64,000 nucleotides of DNA from positions 19,173,955-19,237,954 of the forward strand of contig NC_085843.1 of NCBI RefSeq assembly GCF_035594765.1, written 5' to 3'. The position numbers were made by a program, and so were the translations under genes. Positions 62,990 to 64,000 of the stretch are shown one piece after another. Each line of letters begins with the position of its first letter. Positions within the stretch are counted from its first letter, which is position 1. The notes under the pieces are model-generated. The model saw only the letters and a list, made by a program, of their open reading frames with translations, ran no database searches and had not been told where the DNA came from. Source of the stretch: Anolis carolinensis. Its lineage: Eukaryota.

Positions 62990-63556
62990 TACTTAGGGCT
63001 GCCTTCCCCAACATGGCACCTTCAAGATTTGTTGGATTGCAAACCCTTTTGCCCCCAGAACAACTATCGGTATATGTTGAAAAGGATGGGATGCTGCACT
63101 GATAAGTTTAATATTAGTTTACTCCCATCTACACTGGCTAACAGTGGCTTTCTAAGGTTAAGACTTTCCCAGCCGTACCTGCAGATGCCAAAGACTGAAC
63201 CTCTGAAATGTTCATGTGCAGAGCATATGCTCTGCCACTGAGGAGTGCCCACTATTTCCAAAATATGAAGCATTTATTCTTGCAGCATCTCTTTTTCTTT
63301 GTGAAATGTCTTATGTGTTCTCTGTTCATCCCATTTTTCTCATCAACACAAAAGAGAGAAAGAAATCAAAGAGCTCCCAGTTTGCACTCAGACCTCACTT
63401 CCAGGACATGGGCTAGAAGGCATTCCAAAAGCATTCAAAAATACAGTATCTTCAGAACAGCTAGGGGAATCATGTGGCCCTGGAGAGATTATGAGACTGC
63501 AAATAACTGCATCTTATGCTAGCATATCCAGTGGTGAGGAATGCGGGATACTTTCT

Positions 63557-63810
63557 TTTTAATCGTGTCAAAAGCGACTTGAGAACATACTGCAAGTCAC
63601 TTCTGGTGTGAGAGAATTGGCTGTCTACAGAGACATTGCCCAGGGAACGGCCAGATGTGTTACCATCCTGCTGGGAGGCTTCTCTCATGTCTCCACAAGC
63701 TTGAGCTGACAGATGGGAGCTCACTCCAGCTTGTGGATTTGAACTGCCAACCTTCAGGTCAGCCGGCAATTCAACCGGCACAAGGGTTTAACCCATTGTG
63801 TCACTAGGGA
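63557..63810 (-). mobile_element. tRNA-headed SINE
   Basis: Homologous to 5789-6071. Confidence 0.78.
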
Positions 63811-64000
63811 TACTAAAGTCTAACAACTAGCAGTTACATGATTCCTACCTTTTTTTGTTTTAAAAATAAAATAACACATTTGGGCTACTGTGTTAGTGAC
63901 AGTTAGACTAACAATGAATGTTTGTTGCAACCCACTGCAAAGAATGTGAGTAGTCAATATGTGTATAAATTATATTGAATTCAGTGGGTCTAGTGTAGGA

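Noticed and set aside
63474-63500. GTGGCCCTGGAGAGATTATGA reads VALERL-stop, resembling the expected next C11orf97 exon (VALEGIW)
   Set aside because: There is no AG acceptor, a stop follows immediately, and the sequence resembles the local MITE-derived TGGCCCTCCAGATG motif. The next exon is probably outside the window.

Overview
Vertebrate genomic DNA; the repeat content (Sauria-type SINEs, CR1, L2, RTE, Penelope, hAT and mariner MITEs) points to a squamate, probably an anole (inference). Three host genes lie in the same order as in human. MRE11 is complete on the minus strand: 19 coding exons from 40608 down to 8062, 2112 nt including stop, 703 aa. ANKRD49 is complete on the plus strand (240 aa) and shares a bidirectional CpG-island promoter with MRE11. 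The first two coding exons of a C11orf97 orthologue follow on the plus strand. MRE11 has two oddities: its start codon appears to be formed only across a splice junction (AT|G), with ATT at the position of the ancestral ATG, and it has a GC-AG intron. The most striking element is a young, full-length Tf1/sushi-group Gypsy LTR retrotransposon (19884-26390, 1106-bp LTRs about 99% identical, AAGAC TSD) lying in sense inside MRE11 intron 12. It has no tRNA primer-binding site but carries a perfect 11-nt self-priming complement. It has a PEG10-like -1 frameshift signal. Its pol ORF lacks a chromodomain and instead reads about 140 codons into the 3' LTR as an acidic tail. A single nested CR1 insertion disables it. 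Several Penelope-like insertions form inverted, TSD-flanked hairpins carrying minimal hammerhead-ribozyme motifs on both strands. Exon numbers follow human MRE11; homologue comparisons are from memory, and repeat boundaries without a stated TSD are approximate.
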